Source: a virus
Lineage: Duplodnaviria > Caudoviricetes
Reading direction: 5' to 3' (one strand)
Virus record (IMG/VR): IMGVR_UViG_3300046171_000014
Span: 1-61,378 of that record
Length of the DNA stretch: 61,378 nucleotides
Positions 49,400 to 57,635 of the stretch are shown piece after piece. Below the pieces are notes generated by a model, which worked only from the letters and a program-made list of their open reading frames with translations, was not told the origin of the DNA and searched no databases. Positions within the stretch are counted from its first letter, which is position 1; each line of letters begins with the position of its first letter. Both the position numbers and the translations under genes were made by a program.

Positions 49400-50167
49400 A
49401 TGCCTGCGAAGAAAACCACTGCGGTAGCAGAAACTTTAATAGTCCACACCGTAAAACAAGGTGTGATAAAACTGCGTATGATCGGTCAAACGCCGATGTA
49501 CTTTAACAGCATGAGCAGTAAGGCTATGCGCGACTTGCTTATCGGCGGGGGAAAGAAAACCGCTGCGGAGAAGCAAGACATTAAACACAATCCAGAACAA
49601 GAGTTTCGGGAAAGTGTGTACACTAAACCAAAGGGCGACACGTTGCTATGCTTCCCTGCGGCGGGTGTAAAAGGTTCGATGGTTACATCAGCGTTAGAAA
49701 CAGCGGGGATCAAAAGCACAAACGTAAAACGCTTGGTGTTCTTACCCGAAAGCCAAATACAGATTTGGGGTAAGCCGTACCTTAAAATGGATATCGTGCG
49801 GTCTGCCGATATAAACAAAACTCCAGATGTGCGTACCAGAGCATACCTACCAAACTGGTGTTCAGAAATAACGATTAAATATGTGACGCCTACGCTGAAC
49901 GCCAACGGCATTGTATCGCTGTTGACAAACGCAGGGCTAATCGTAGGGCTAGGAGACTTTCGCCAAGAGAAAGGGCGTGGGTCATACGGCACGTTCTCTG
50001 TAACAAGCGCGGAAGATATGGGTGAACACCAAGAGGCTTGGGATGAAATCACGAAAGAAGCGCGTGAAGTCCAAGAGTTAGCTATGGAATACCCCGAATG
50101 CGCTGACGAGCAAACGGCAGAGCTTATGAGACTTATGCAAGAAGAGCGGTTGCGTCGAGCAGCCTAA
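49400..50167 (+). CDS. Stand-alone RAMP/Cas7-like RNA-binding protein
   Basis: RAMP-like motifs in the expected order: IKLRMIGQTPM (first strand ending TP), FPAAGVKGSM (compare iPgsslKGa), C-terminal Gly-rich loop GLGDFRQEKGRGSYGTFSV. AGGAG RBS. Confidence 0.7.
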   Translation: MPAKKTTAVAETLIVHTVKQGVIKLRMIGQTPMYFNSMSSKAMRDLLIGGGKKTAAEKQDIKHNPEQEFRESVYTKPKGDTLLCFPAAGVKGSMVTSALETAGIKSTNVKRLVFLPESQIQIWGKPYLKMDIVRSADINKTPDVRTRAYLPNWCSEITIKYVTPTLNANGIVSLLTNAGLIVGLGDFRQEKGRGSYGTFSVTSAEDMGEHQEAWDEITKEAREVQELAMEYPECADEQTAELMRLMQEERLRRAA

Positions 50168-50175
50168 ACGAAGAG

Positions 50176-50191
50176 GGGCGGTTCGCCGCCC
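50176..50191 (+). other. UUCG-tetraloop hairpin at the 5' side of the array
   Basis: GGGCGG-TTCG-CCGCCC, starting 9 nt after the RAMP-like stop codon. Confidence 0.75.
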
Positions 50192-50210
50192 TAATTCACG
50201 GATAAGGTAT

Positions 50211-50558
50211 GGCGGTTCAGGCGGGGCGGGGTCTGTTAGGTTACGGCGGGGTCCGGTATGTTAGGGCGAGGCGGTTTAGGCGTGTTGTGGTGAGGTATGG
50301 CGCGGCGCGGCCAGTCGAGGCGGTCGAGGTGTGTTCGGGTAAGGCGTGGATTGGTACGGCGAGGTTAGGCGGTCGAGGTGTGTTGAGGTCTGGCGAGGCG
50401 TAGCGTGGCGAGGCGGTTCAGGTATGTTGGGGTCTGGTAAGTTGGGTTACGGCATATCAAGGCATGGCGGTCTAGGTGTGTTCCGGTGTGGCGAGGCGTA
50501 GCGTGGCGTGGCGGTTTAGGCGTGTTGTGGTTTGGCGTAGCGTGGCGCGGTGTGGTTA
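50211..50558 (+). ncRNA. Non-coding array of 7 units: GGCGGTYNA delimiter plus 7-10 GGY-NN pentamers; candidate guide-RNA array
   Basis: Units start at 50211, 50270, 50319, 50368, 50412, 50466 and 50510, with lengths 59, 49, 49, 44, 54, 44, 49 (all 9+5n). The repeat structure is seen directly; RNA function is inferred. Confidence 0.75.
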
Positions 50559-50578
50559 GCCGACTGACTAACAAAAAC

Positions 50579-50603
50579 AAAGCAGGCTGTGATGGCCTGC
50601 TTT
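50579..50603 (+). terminator. Hairpin (terminator or processing site) at the 3' side of the array
   Basis: AAAGCAGGC-TGTGATG-GCCTGCTTT. Confidence 0.65.
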
Positions 50604-50631
50604 ACAAACAAAAACTATGGAGAATAAACTT

Positions 50632-51135
50632 ATGTCTAAGTTTTCTAAAAAGACTAAGCAGCGTATCATAGATGATTACCTGCAAACTACCGGCGCAAAT
50701 ATGTTTGTGCCTTCAGAGTTCGTCGATTGGTTAGCAGGCGAGCCAGAGCATGAAGCGTACCAAGCGTTTTATGGGATTGACGATGCGGAAGCCGCGAGGC
50801 AGCATCGTATACAGTTGGCGCGGCAGATGGCGTCAGGGCTACGCATCGTGGCAAAAACGGAGACAGTAGAAAGTTCTGTTGTGTCCATAAAGGTGACAGA
50901 ATACCCCGCGTATATTTCACCTGTGTCAAAGCGGCGTGAGGGCGGGGGGTACGAACCTTTTGACCCTACCGATGAAGTTGCACAAGCTGAGCTACGCAGA
51001 CAAGCCGGTGTAAGTTTGGCGGCGTGGCTTGAAAGGTTTCGCGGTGCAGCGGAAAATTATGGAGTTGATGTAACTCCAGTTGAAGAAATCGTGCGCGTGT
51101 TGCGTGACGACAAAGATAAAGCAGTAGGAGAATAA
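50632..51135 (+). CDS. Accessory protein downstream of the RAMP-like gene and array
   Basis: Likely start MSKFSKK with GGAG RBS; H....F...DDAEAARQHR..LAR motif. Confidence 0.7.
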   Translation: MSKFSKKTKQRIIDDYLQTTGANMFVPSEFVDWLAGEPEHEAYQAFYGIDDAEAARQHRIQLARQMASGLRIVAKTETVESSVVSIKVTEYPAYISPVSKRREGGGYEPFDPTDEVAQAELRRQAGVSLAAWLERFRGAAENYGVDVTPVEEIVRVLRDDKDKAVGE

Positions 51136-51137
51136 CT

Positions 51138-51581
51138 ATGAGTGTAATTGGTAAAAAAGCAGAAAAAGTTTGGGCGTATCTTGTGAAGCACCCAAAGGCC
51201 TCTAGTGCAAAAGTTGCTAAAGCGTGTGGCTGCTCGCCATCGTATGTACATCTGCTAAAGAAAAAGATCGGCACACCGAAAGAGGTGTTGGAAGAAGTAA
51301 ATCTAACCGTGACACGCGCTGACGTCCTCGACACAGCTAAAGACTATGTGACGAAAGATCGTGCTGCGGAGCATGGTGACATGGAGACTAACTTCAGCAC
51401 CATAGCGCAATACTGGTCTGTGCATCTGGACGCGCAAATAACCCCGACAGATGTTGCGGTTATGATGAACCTGCTCAAGGTTGCGCGAATAAAGTCTAAC
51501 CCAAAGTCTAAAGATAATTGGGTCGATGGTGCAGGGTACATGGCTTGCGGCGGAGAGATTGCCAGTGCCTTACGTGCGTAA
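51138..51581 (+). CDS. HTH plus DUF6378-like protein
   Basis: VAKACGCSPSYV HTH; DR...HG...NF..IA..WS...DVA.MM..LK.AR...DNWVD.AGY.AC. Confidence 0.8.
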   Translation: MSVIGKKAEKVWAYLVKHPKASSAKVAKACGCSPSYVHLLKKKIGTPKEVLEEVNLTVTRADVLDTAKDYVTKDRAAEHGDMETNFSTIAQYWSVHLDAQITPTDVAVMMNLLKVARIKSNPKSKDNWVDGAGYMACGGEIASALRA

Positions 51582-51756
51582 GCCTAGTAAGTCCAAGAAA
51601 GCAAAGATTGGGGCGGGCGTTTATGACGCTCGCTTCAACGACAAAAAAGTAACGCTACCCAAAGCACCGTGGGAGGACGACGAAGATGGATATAGTGACG
51701 TTGGATTTCGAGACGTACTACGACAAGGAGTACAGCCTGTCGAAGATGACGACTGA
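51565..51756 (+). CDS. Possible small protein
   Basis: GTG start, basic N-terminus, VTLPKAPW; overlaps the polymerase gene. Confidence 0.35.
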   Translation: MPYVRKPSKSKKAKIGAGVYDARFNDKKVTLPKAPWEDDEDGYSDVGFRDVLRQGVQPVEDDD

Positions 51757-53530
51757 AGAATATATCCGCGATGATAGATTTGAGATTATTGGGCTAGCTG
51801 TAAAAAAGAACGATAAGCCAACACGTTGGCTACAAGGTGAGGAACTCACTACACGTTTCTTATCACACGTAGACCTCTCGTCCTGCGCTATACTTTGCCA
51901 TAACACCGCGTTTGATGGGGCGATACTAGGGTGGCGATTTGGTGTGAAGCCGAAACTGTGGCTTGATACAATGTGCATGGCCCGTGCGTTACATGGCACG
52001 GAGAAGAGTGTGAGCCTAAAGGCTGTGTCTGAACGCTACGGCGTTGGGGCCAAGGGTGATGAAGTTACCCGAGCGTTAGCCAAGCGGCTAACTGATTTTA
52101 GCGAAGAAGAAATTGCAAAGTATGCAGAGTATTCCCGCAACGATGTGGACCTGACATACGAGATTTTTAAGTTGATGTTTAGCGGAATAGTTGGAAACCA
52201 GTTCCCACAACAAGAGTTACAGCTAATAGATCGCACGTTGCGGATGTTTATCGAGCCTACGCTTGACCTAGATTTGTTCTTGTTGGAGCAACATCTGGAA
52301 GAAGTGCGTGAACGCAAGGACAAGCTGCTACGCGATGCGAACATAACCGACAAAAAAGATTTGATGTCCAACAATAAGTTTGCGGAGCTTCTTATAAGTC
52401 TTGGCGTTGAGCCGCCGAGGAAGATTAGCCCGACGACAGGTAAAGAAACATTTGCCTTTGCTAAGTCTGACGAGGCGTTCAAAGCGTTGCTAGAACATGA
52501 CGACGATAAAGTGCAGTCGTTAGTCTCTGCACGTTTGGGTACTAAAAGCACCTTAGAAGAAACACGTACCGAGAGGTTCATATCCATTGGTAAACGTGGA
52601 CTTCTTCCGGTTCCGATTAGATATTACGCAGCGCATACAGGTCGGTGGGGTGGACAGGACAAGATCAACCTGCAAAATCTTCCGAGTCGAGGGCTGAACG
52701 CGAAGAAACTCAAGAGCAGTATTATAGCGCCCGAAGGCCATACACTCATAGATGCAGACAGCGCACAGATCGAAGCTAGAGTTCTGGCGTGGCTTGCAGG
52801 GCAAAATGATTTAGTTAGCCAGTTCGCTAACGGCGAAGATGTGTACATAAAAATGGCCGCTCGTATATACGGCTGCGAAGAAGAGAGCGTTACGAAAGAT
52901 CAACGCTTTGTAGGTAAGACTACTATTCTTGGTGCAGGGTACGGCATGGGGGGCGTAAAGTTCCAAGCTCAGTTAAAAAACTTTGGCTTTGAGATACCCG
53001 TCGGAGAGGCTAAGCGGATCATAAGTATCTACCGCAGTATCAACCACAGCATAGATAGGCTGTGGAAGGACGCGCAGTTTACTCTGGAACAGATGACACA
53101 CAACGGTCCAGTTCGATTTGGTCGTAGGGGCGTTCTAAAAGTTCTACCAAAAGAGAACGCCATCCAGTTGCCATCGGGTCTTTGCATACACTACGAGGAC
53201 TTGAAGTATGAAATGACCGAAGAAGGGTCACATGAATACAGATACAAAGTACGGCGGGGCCGAAACAGAATTTACGGCGGTAAGATGGTGGAGAACGTGT
53301 GCCAAGCCATAGCTCGTTGTATCATTGGCGAGCAGTTGCTAAGTATATCCGAAAGATATAAAGTTGTCCTTACCGTACATGACTCGATTGTTTGCTGTGT
53401 GAAGGATGAAGAAGTTCCCGAAGCGCAAGCGTATGTAGAAGAATGTATGCGCAAGACACCAGATTGGGCCGCAGGCCTACCTATAGACTGCGAGAGCGGT
53501 ACAGGTAAATCGTATGGGGAATGTGAATGA
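51686..53530 (+). CDS. polA: DNA polymerase family A (3'-5' exonuclease plus polymerase)
   Basis: LDFETY, CHNTAFD, YSRNDV, TGRWGG..NLQN, DSAQIEAR, KTTILGAGYG and VHDS motifs. Confidence 0.95.
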   Translation: MDIVTLDFETYYDKEYSLSKMTTEEYIRDDRFEIIGLAVKKNDKPTRWLQGEELTTRFLSHVDLSSCAILCHNTAFDGAILGWRFGVKPKLWLDTMCMARALHGTEKSVSLKAVSERYGVGAKGDEVTRALAKRLTDFSEEEIAKYAEYSRNDVDLTYEIFKLMFSGIVGNQFPQQELQLIDRTLRMFIEPTLDLDLFLLEQHLEEVRERKDKLLRDANITDKKDLMSNNKFAELLISLGVEPPRKISPTTGKETFAFAKSDEAFKALLEHDDDKVQSLVSARLGTKSTLEETRTERFISIGKRGLLPVPIRYYAAHTGRWGGQDKINLQNLPSRGLNAKKLKSSIIAPEGHTLIDADSAQIEARVLAWLAGQNDLVSQFANGEDVYIKMAARIYGCEEESVTKDQRFVGKTTILGAGYGMGGVKFQAQLKNFGFEIPVGEAKRIISIYRSINHSIDRLWKDAQFTLEQMTHNGPVRFGRRGVLKVLPKENAIQLPSGLCIHYEDLKYEMTEEGSHEYRYKVRRGRNRIYGGKMVENVCQAIARCIIGEQLLSISERYKVVLTVHDSIVCCVKDEEVPEAQAYVEECMRKTPDWAAGLPIDCESGTGKSYGECE

Positions 53531-54201
53531 GTAAAGCAGCGCCGTGGTCGTTCAGTCGGATCAAAGCATTCGAGCAATGCCCCAAGCAGTTCTACCATGA
53601 GAAGGTGCTGAAGCAGTATCCGTTCATACAGACGGACGCTATGATCTACGGCAACCAATTCCATAAAGCCTGCGAAGACTACATCGGTAAGGGCGAGCCG
53701 CTCCCCGAGAGGTTTATGTATATTAAAGACGCTTTGGACAAACTGAACCAACGTGAAGGCGTAAAGATATGTGAGCAGCGGTTAGGAGTAACGGCTAACT
53801 TGGAACCATGCACCTTTGGCGCTAGGAACGTATGGTTTCGTGGTATTGTGGACCTTGCCATCCTTGACGAAGATAGCGGTATCGGTTGGATCATCGACTA
53901 CAAAACTGGCAAGTCTGCAAAGTACGCAGACAAAGGGCAGCTAGAGTTGATGGCGTTGGCGATCTTTGCGCACTACCCCAAGATAACAAGCATACGCGCA
54001 GGGCTACTGTTCGTGGTGGCGAACAAACTCGTAAAAGAAACGTATGAAGTTGCGGATAGAGCTAATCTTTGGGAGAAATGGTCTTCAAACTATGCTACAA
54101 TGGAGAAGGCGTTTGAAGCAGATGTGTGGAACCCCCGCCCCTCTGGATTATGCAAGCGTCATTGCCCTGTAACCGAATGCGCCCACAACGGGAGTAACTG
54201 A
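53527..54201 (+). CDS. PD-(D/E)XK (Cas4/RecB-like) exonuclease
   Basis: WSFS...CP, G..FH, RG.VD, IIDYKTGK, QL and C...CP...C motifs. Confidence 0.85.
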   Translation: MSKAAPWSFSRIKAFEQCPKQFYHEKVLKQYPFIQTDAMIYGNQFHKACEDYIGKGEPLPERFMYIKDALDKLNQREGVKICEQRLGVTANLEPCTFGARNVWFRGIVDLAILDEDSGIGWIIDYKTGKSAKYADKGQLELMALAIFAHYPKITSIRAGLLFVVANKLVKETYEVADRANLWEKWSSNYATMEKAFEADVWNPRPSGLCKRHCPVTECAHNGSN

Positions 54202-54488
54202 TGCCCTATAAAAACAAACCCCGCCCGTACAAAAAAGAGTACAAGCAGCAGAAAGAACGCGAAGAGCATAGCGACCGCATGGAGCGGCAACGTGCGCGGC
54301 GTAAGATGGATAAGACTGGCAAGGATGCCAACAAGAACGGCAAAGCCGACAAGCGCGAGGGTAAAGATATCGCGCACAAGAAACCGCTCAGCAAGGGTGG
54401 CAAAAATAAAGACGGTGTAAAAGTACAAAGCCGCAAGAAAAATAGAGCCGCTGGCGGTGCGTTAAGCCGCGGAAAGCGCAAGAAGTAA
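54201..54488 (+). CDS. Basic HNH-like protein
   Basis: GKDIAHKKPLSKGG.N...NR degenerate HNH motif. Confidence 0.6.
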   Translation: MPYKNKPRPYKKEYKQQKEREEHSDRMERQRARRKMDKTGKDANKNGKADKREGKDIAHKKPLSKGGKNKDGVKVQSRKKNRAAGGALSRGKRKK

Positions 54489-54500
54489 TTGGAGAATAAC

Positions 54501-56036
54501 ATGCAGATTGTACAGGATAAAGCCATCCTGCTTACACTGCCTAACCCAAAGCAAATCACAACAGTGATTGCGAAGAGTAAGGAGTTGTCGATGAATGAAG
54601 TCGTCGTGAATTGGGGTATCGACGAGGCCCACAAGTTGAAAGCATTGAATATAAAGGTGCCTTCACCGATTGAGAAACGCTATTCGTGGGTGGGTAAGTA
54701 CAAGCCTTATCAACATCAGAAAGACACGGCGGCGTTTCTTACCATGAACAAGCGAGGCTTCTGCTTCAATGAGCAGGGCACAGGCAAAACAGCCAGTGCG
54801 ATATGGGCCGCAGACTTCTTGATGAAGCAAGGTATCATACGTCGAGTCCTTGTCGTGTGCCCTCTATCTATCATGGACAGCGCATGGCGTGAGGATTTGT
54901 TTAGTTTTGCTATGCATCGCACCGTGGACGTTGCGCATGGCGCGAAAGAGAAACGCAAAAAGATAATAAACAGCGGGGCCGATTTCGTCATTATAAACTA
55001 TGACGGTGTTGAGGTTGTGGCAGATGCTATCGCCAAGGGTGGGTTTGACCTAATCATCATAGACGAGGCAACGCACTACAAGAACGCGCAGACCAAGCGG
55101 TGGAAAACGCTCAAGAAGCTTGTCAAAGATGATACATGGCTATGGCTTATGACAGGTACTCCTGCTGCGCAGTCGCCGCTAGATGCCTACGGCCTTGCCA
55201 AGCTAGTGAACCCACAGAGCGTACCTAGTTTCTTTAGCTCGTTCCGCGATCAGATTATGGTAAAGGTTACTCAGTTTAAATGGATGCCGAAAGAGAATGC
55301 CAAGAGTACGGTATTCCGTGCGCTTCAACCTGCGATACGCTTCACCAAAGAAGAGTGTTTGGACCTGCCTGACATGGTGTACACTAAACGCAGGGTAGAG
55401 ATGACCAAACAGCAGCAGACATTCTACGACCTGCTGCGCAAGCGTATGGTCATGCAAGTTGCCGGTGAGAGTGTAACAGCGGTGAACGCTGCGGTGAACC
55501 TAAACAAACTGCTACAGATATCGGCAGGAGCTATATACACCGACGAAGGTGATACGGTGCAGTTCGATATCTCCAACAGGTACAAGGTGCTGAAAGAGGT
55601 GATAGACGAATGCTCGCAAAAAGTGCTTGTGTTTGTACCGTTCCGACACACCATAGACTTGTTAGCCGGTAAGCTAACTAAAGACGGCATAACGTCCGCT
55701 ATCATACGAGGAGATGTAGCTGCGCATAAACGCACTGAGATATTCTCGCAGTTCCAAAGCGAGAAAGACCCCAAGGTCTTGCTTATACAACCCCAAGCCG
55801 CAGCACACGGGGTTACACTTACAGCAGCAAATACTGTTGTGTGGTGGGGGCCGACACCCTCGTTGGAAACTTACGCACAAGCAAATGCTAGGGTTCACAG
55901 ATCGGGGCAGAAGCATAAATGCACAGTGATACAGCTTGCGGGTTCGTTTGTTGAGAACCGTATATACAGGCTGTTGGACGACAAGATAAGTACGCACACA
56001 GAGATTATTGATTTGTATAAAGAAGTGCTTGACTAG
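54501..56036 (+). CDS. SNF2-family helicase
   Basis: EQGTGKT, IIIDEA, MTGTP, HGVTLT and QANARVHRSGQ motifs. Confidence 0.9.
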   Translation: MQIVQDKAILLTLPNPKQITTVIAKSKELSMNEVVVNWGIDEAHKLKALNIKVPSPIEKRYSWVGKYKPYQHQKDTAAFLTMNKRGFCFNEQGTGKTASAIWAADFLMKQGIIRRVLVVCPLSIMDSAWREDLFSFAMHRTVDVAHGAKEKRKKIINSGADFVIINYDGVEVVADAIAKGGFDLIIIDEATHYKNAQTKRWKTLKKLVKDDTWLWLMTGTPAAQSPLDAYGLAKLVNPQSVPSFFSSFRDQIMVKVTQFKWMPKENAKSTVFRALQPAIRFTKEECLDLPDMVYTKRRVEMTKQQQTFYDLLRKRMVMQVAGESVTAVNAAVNLNKLLQISAGAIYTDEGDTVQFDISNRYKVLKEVIDECSQKVLVFVPFRHTIDLLAGKLTKDGITSAIIRGDVAAHKRTEIFSQFQSEKDPKVLLIQPQAAAHGVTLTAANTVVWWGPTPSLETYAQANARVHRSGQKHKCTVIQLAGSFVENRIYRLLDDKISTHTEIIDLYKEVLD

Positions 56037-56085
56037 CTTATGTTTACTAACTATATGCCATGTATAACTAAGTTTGGAGAGTTTT

Positions 56086-56475
56086 ATGCAAGTTCCTGTA
56101 GAGAAGCTTACGAAAGCGTACATTAAGATACGCGAAAAACGTGCGGAGTTGTCGGCTAACTTCAAAGATGAAGACGCAAAGCTCGCTGATAAGATGAATA
56201 CTATCAAGCGCGCATTGTTAGATCATTGCGAAGAACATAGCGTAGAGAGTGTTAGGACAACGGAAGGGTTGTTCTACCGAACCGTTAAGCAGCGGTATTG
56301 GACAAATGACTGGGAGCAGATGCACCACTTTATTATGGAGCATCAGGTGCCAGAGTTGTTGGAGAAGCGGCTTAACCAAACCCACATGCGGCAGTTTTTA
56401 GAGGAGCATCCTGATGTGCTACCTAAAGGGCTTAATGTGGATAGCGAGTATGCAATTTCAGTGAGGAAAAAATGA
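56086..56475 (+). CDS. Conserved phage replication-region protein
   Basis: YIKIR, SVRT..G, DW and LLEKR motifs. Confidence 0.7.
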   Translation: MQVPVEKLTKAYIKIREKRAELSANFKDEDAKLADKMNTIKRALLDHCEEHSVESVRTTEGLFYRTVKQRYWTNDWEQMHHFIMEHQVPELLEKRLNQTHMRQFLEEHPDVLPKGLNVDSEYAISVRKK

Positions 56476-56687
56476 CGGATACCGTTTATTCTGATGTTAA
56501 TAAAACCGCCGAGTATTTTGGCGTATCAATTCATACCATTAGAAAATGGGTGAAGGAGGGTCACATACCGCGTGACCATTACATTCGGGGCGGTACAACA
56601 TACCGCTATAACATTCCTGCCATCGAAAAAGTGTTGACAGGAGAGGGGAAAGCCCAACAAATGGAACTCCCATTAAAAACAAAATAA
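56472..56687 (+). CDS. Excisionase/MerR-like HTH DNA-binding protein
   Basis: AEYFGVSIHTIRKWV..G.IP...G..YRY. Confidence 0.8.
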   Translation: MTDTVYSDVNKTAEYFGVSIHTIRKWVKEGHIPRDHYIRGGTTYRYNIPAIEKVLTGEGKAQQMELPLKTK

Positions 56688-56697
56688 GGAGAACACG

Positions 56698-57567
56698 ATG
56701 TCGGATATGGCGTTGTTTGAGGGAAACTCCCTCGTAAGTAGTGATTTGTTTAAGTCTTTGCAGGATGTAGATGACAACCTTGCAGGGGGCAGCGGTGGGT
56801 CTGGTCCTCGCCGCATAAGTATTCGTGGTGGCCGCTTCCGTGAGATGGTTGGCGGTGAGCAGGTCAATGTAAAGAGTGACGGGTTTATAAACGTAGTGAT
56901 AGTAAACGCTGCGAAGATTTCTCGTACATATTATGCGGGTCAGTATGACCCCGAAAATCCATCTGGCCCGTCTTGTTGGTCGCCAGACACACAGGCCCCT
57001 GATCCAAGTGTTCCAGCGGATACGCGCCAAGCATCGAAGTGCATGGACTGCCCGCAGAACATTAAAGGGTCGGGACAGGGGGAAAGTCGTGCCTGTAGGT
57101 TTGGTCAGCGTATTGCTGTCGCCCTAGAGGGTCAGATGGACACTGTGTATCAATTCCAACTCCCTGCTACTTCTATATTTGGAGATGCCAAAGATGGTAA
57201 GATGGGTATGCAGGCTTACGCCAAGTATCTACGCGCACACAAGACGCCTTCTATAGCTGTGGTAACGCAGATATATTTTGATGAAAGCAGCGCGACACCG
57301 AAACTGTACTTTAAGCCGGTACGCCCGTTGACAGAAGAAGAACTGCAAGAAGCGGTGAAGCTCAAAGATACGGACGAAGCACACCGTGCTATCACTATGA
57401 CTGTGGCTCAAACAGACAAAGTACAAGCCGCAGAAACTCCATTGGCAGATGATGAAATCAGCATTGATGACATTCCTGCACCGGAACCCAAGAAGGTCAG
57501 CAAGAAGGCGGCGGCTGCTCCCGCACCTGCGACAGACTTAGGGTCGATCTTAGACGAGTGGGACTAA
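56698..57567 (+). CDS. Putative single-stranded DNA-binding protein
   Basis: RISIRGG.F, C..CPQN..GS...RAC and acidic tail ending EWD. Confidence 0.7.
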   Translation: MSDMALFEGNSLVSSDLFKSLQDVDDNLAGGSGGSGPRRISIRGGRFREMVGGEQVNVKSDGFINVVIVNAAKISRTYYAGQYDPENPSGPSCWSPDTQAPDPSVPADTRQASKCMDCPQNIKGSGQGESRACRFGQRIAVALEGQMDTVYQFQLPATSIFGDAKDGKMGMQAYAKYLRAHKTPSIAVVTQIYFDESSATPKLYFKPVRPLTEEELQEAVKLKDTDEAHRAITMTVAQTDKVQAAETPLADDEISIDDIPAPEPKKVSKKAAAAPAPATDLGSILDEWD

Positions 57568-57581
57568 TCGTCTAGGGTCAT

Positions 57582-57615
57582 GTCGTGGCGGGGTAGGTCC
57601 AATCCCCGCCACGAC
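57582..57615. other. 12-bp perfect stem-loop just upstream of the primase RBS
   Basis: GTCGTGGCGGGG-10 nt-CCCCGCCACGAC. Confidence 0.7.
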
Positions 57616-57635
57616 CTTAAATGGAGAGCAGCATA

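Noticed and set aside
50211-50558. Canonical CRISPR array
   Set aside because: There are no 23-47-bp identical repeats with unique spacers; the conserved part is interleaved every 5 nt, and no cas1 or cas2 is present.
50209-50671. Track ORFs over the array (50209..50403, 50365..50580, 50486..50671)
   Set aside because: Low-complexity translations produced by the 5-nt periodic repeat; the 5-nt register is not codon-compatible and there is no convincing RBS.
53527-54201. Cas4-like nuclease as part of the RAMP/array system
   Set aside because: It sits in the standard polA-nuclease-helicase replication block, where such exonucleases are routine.
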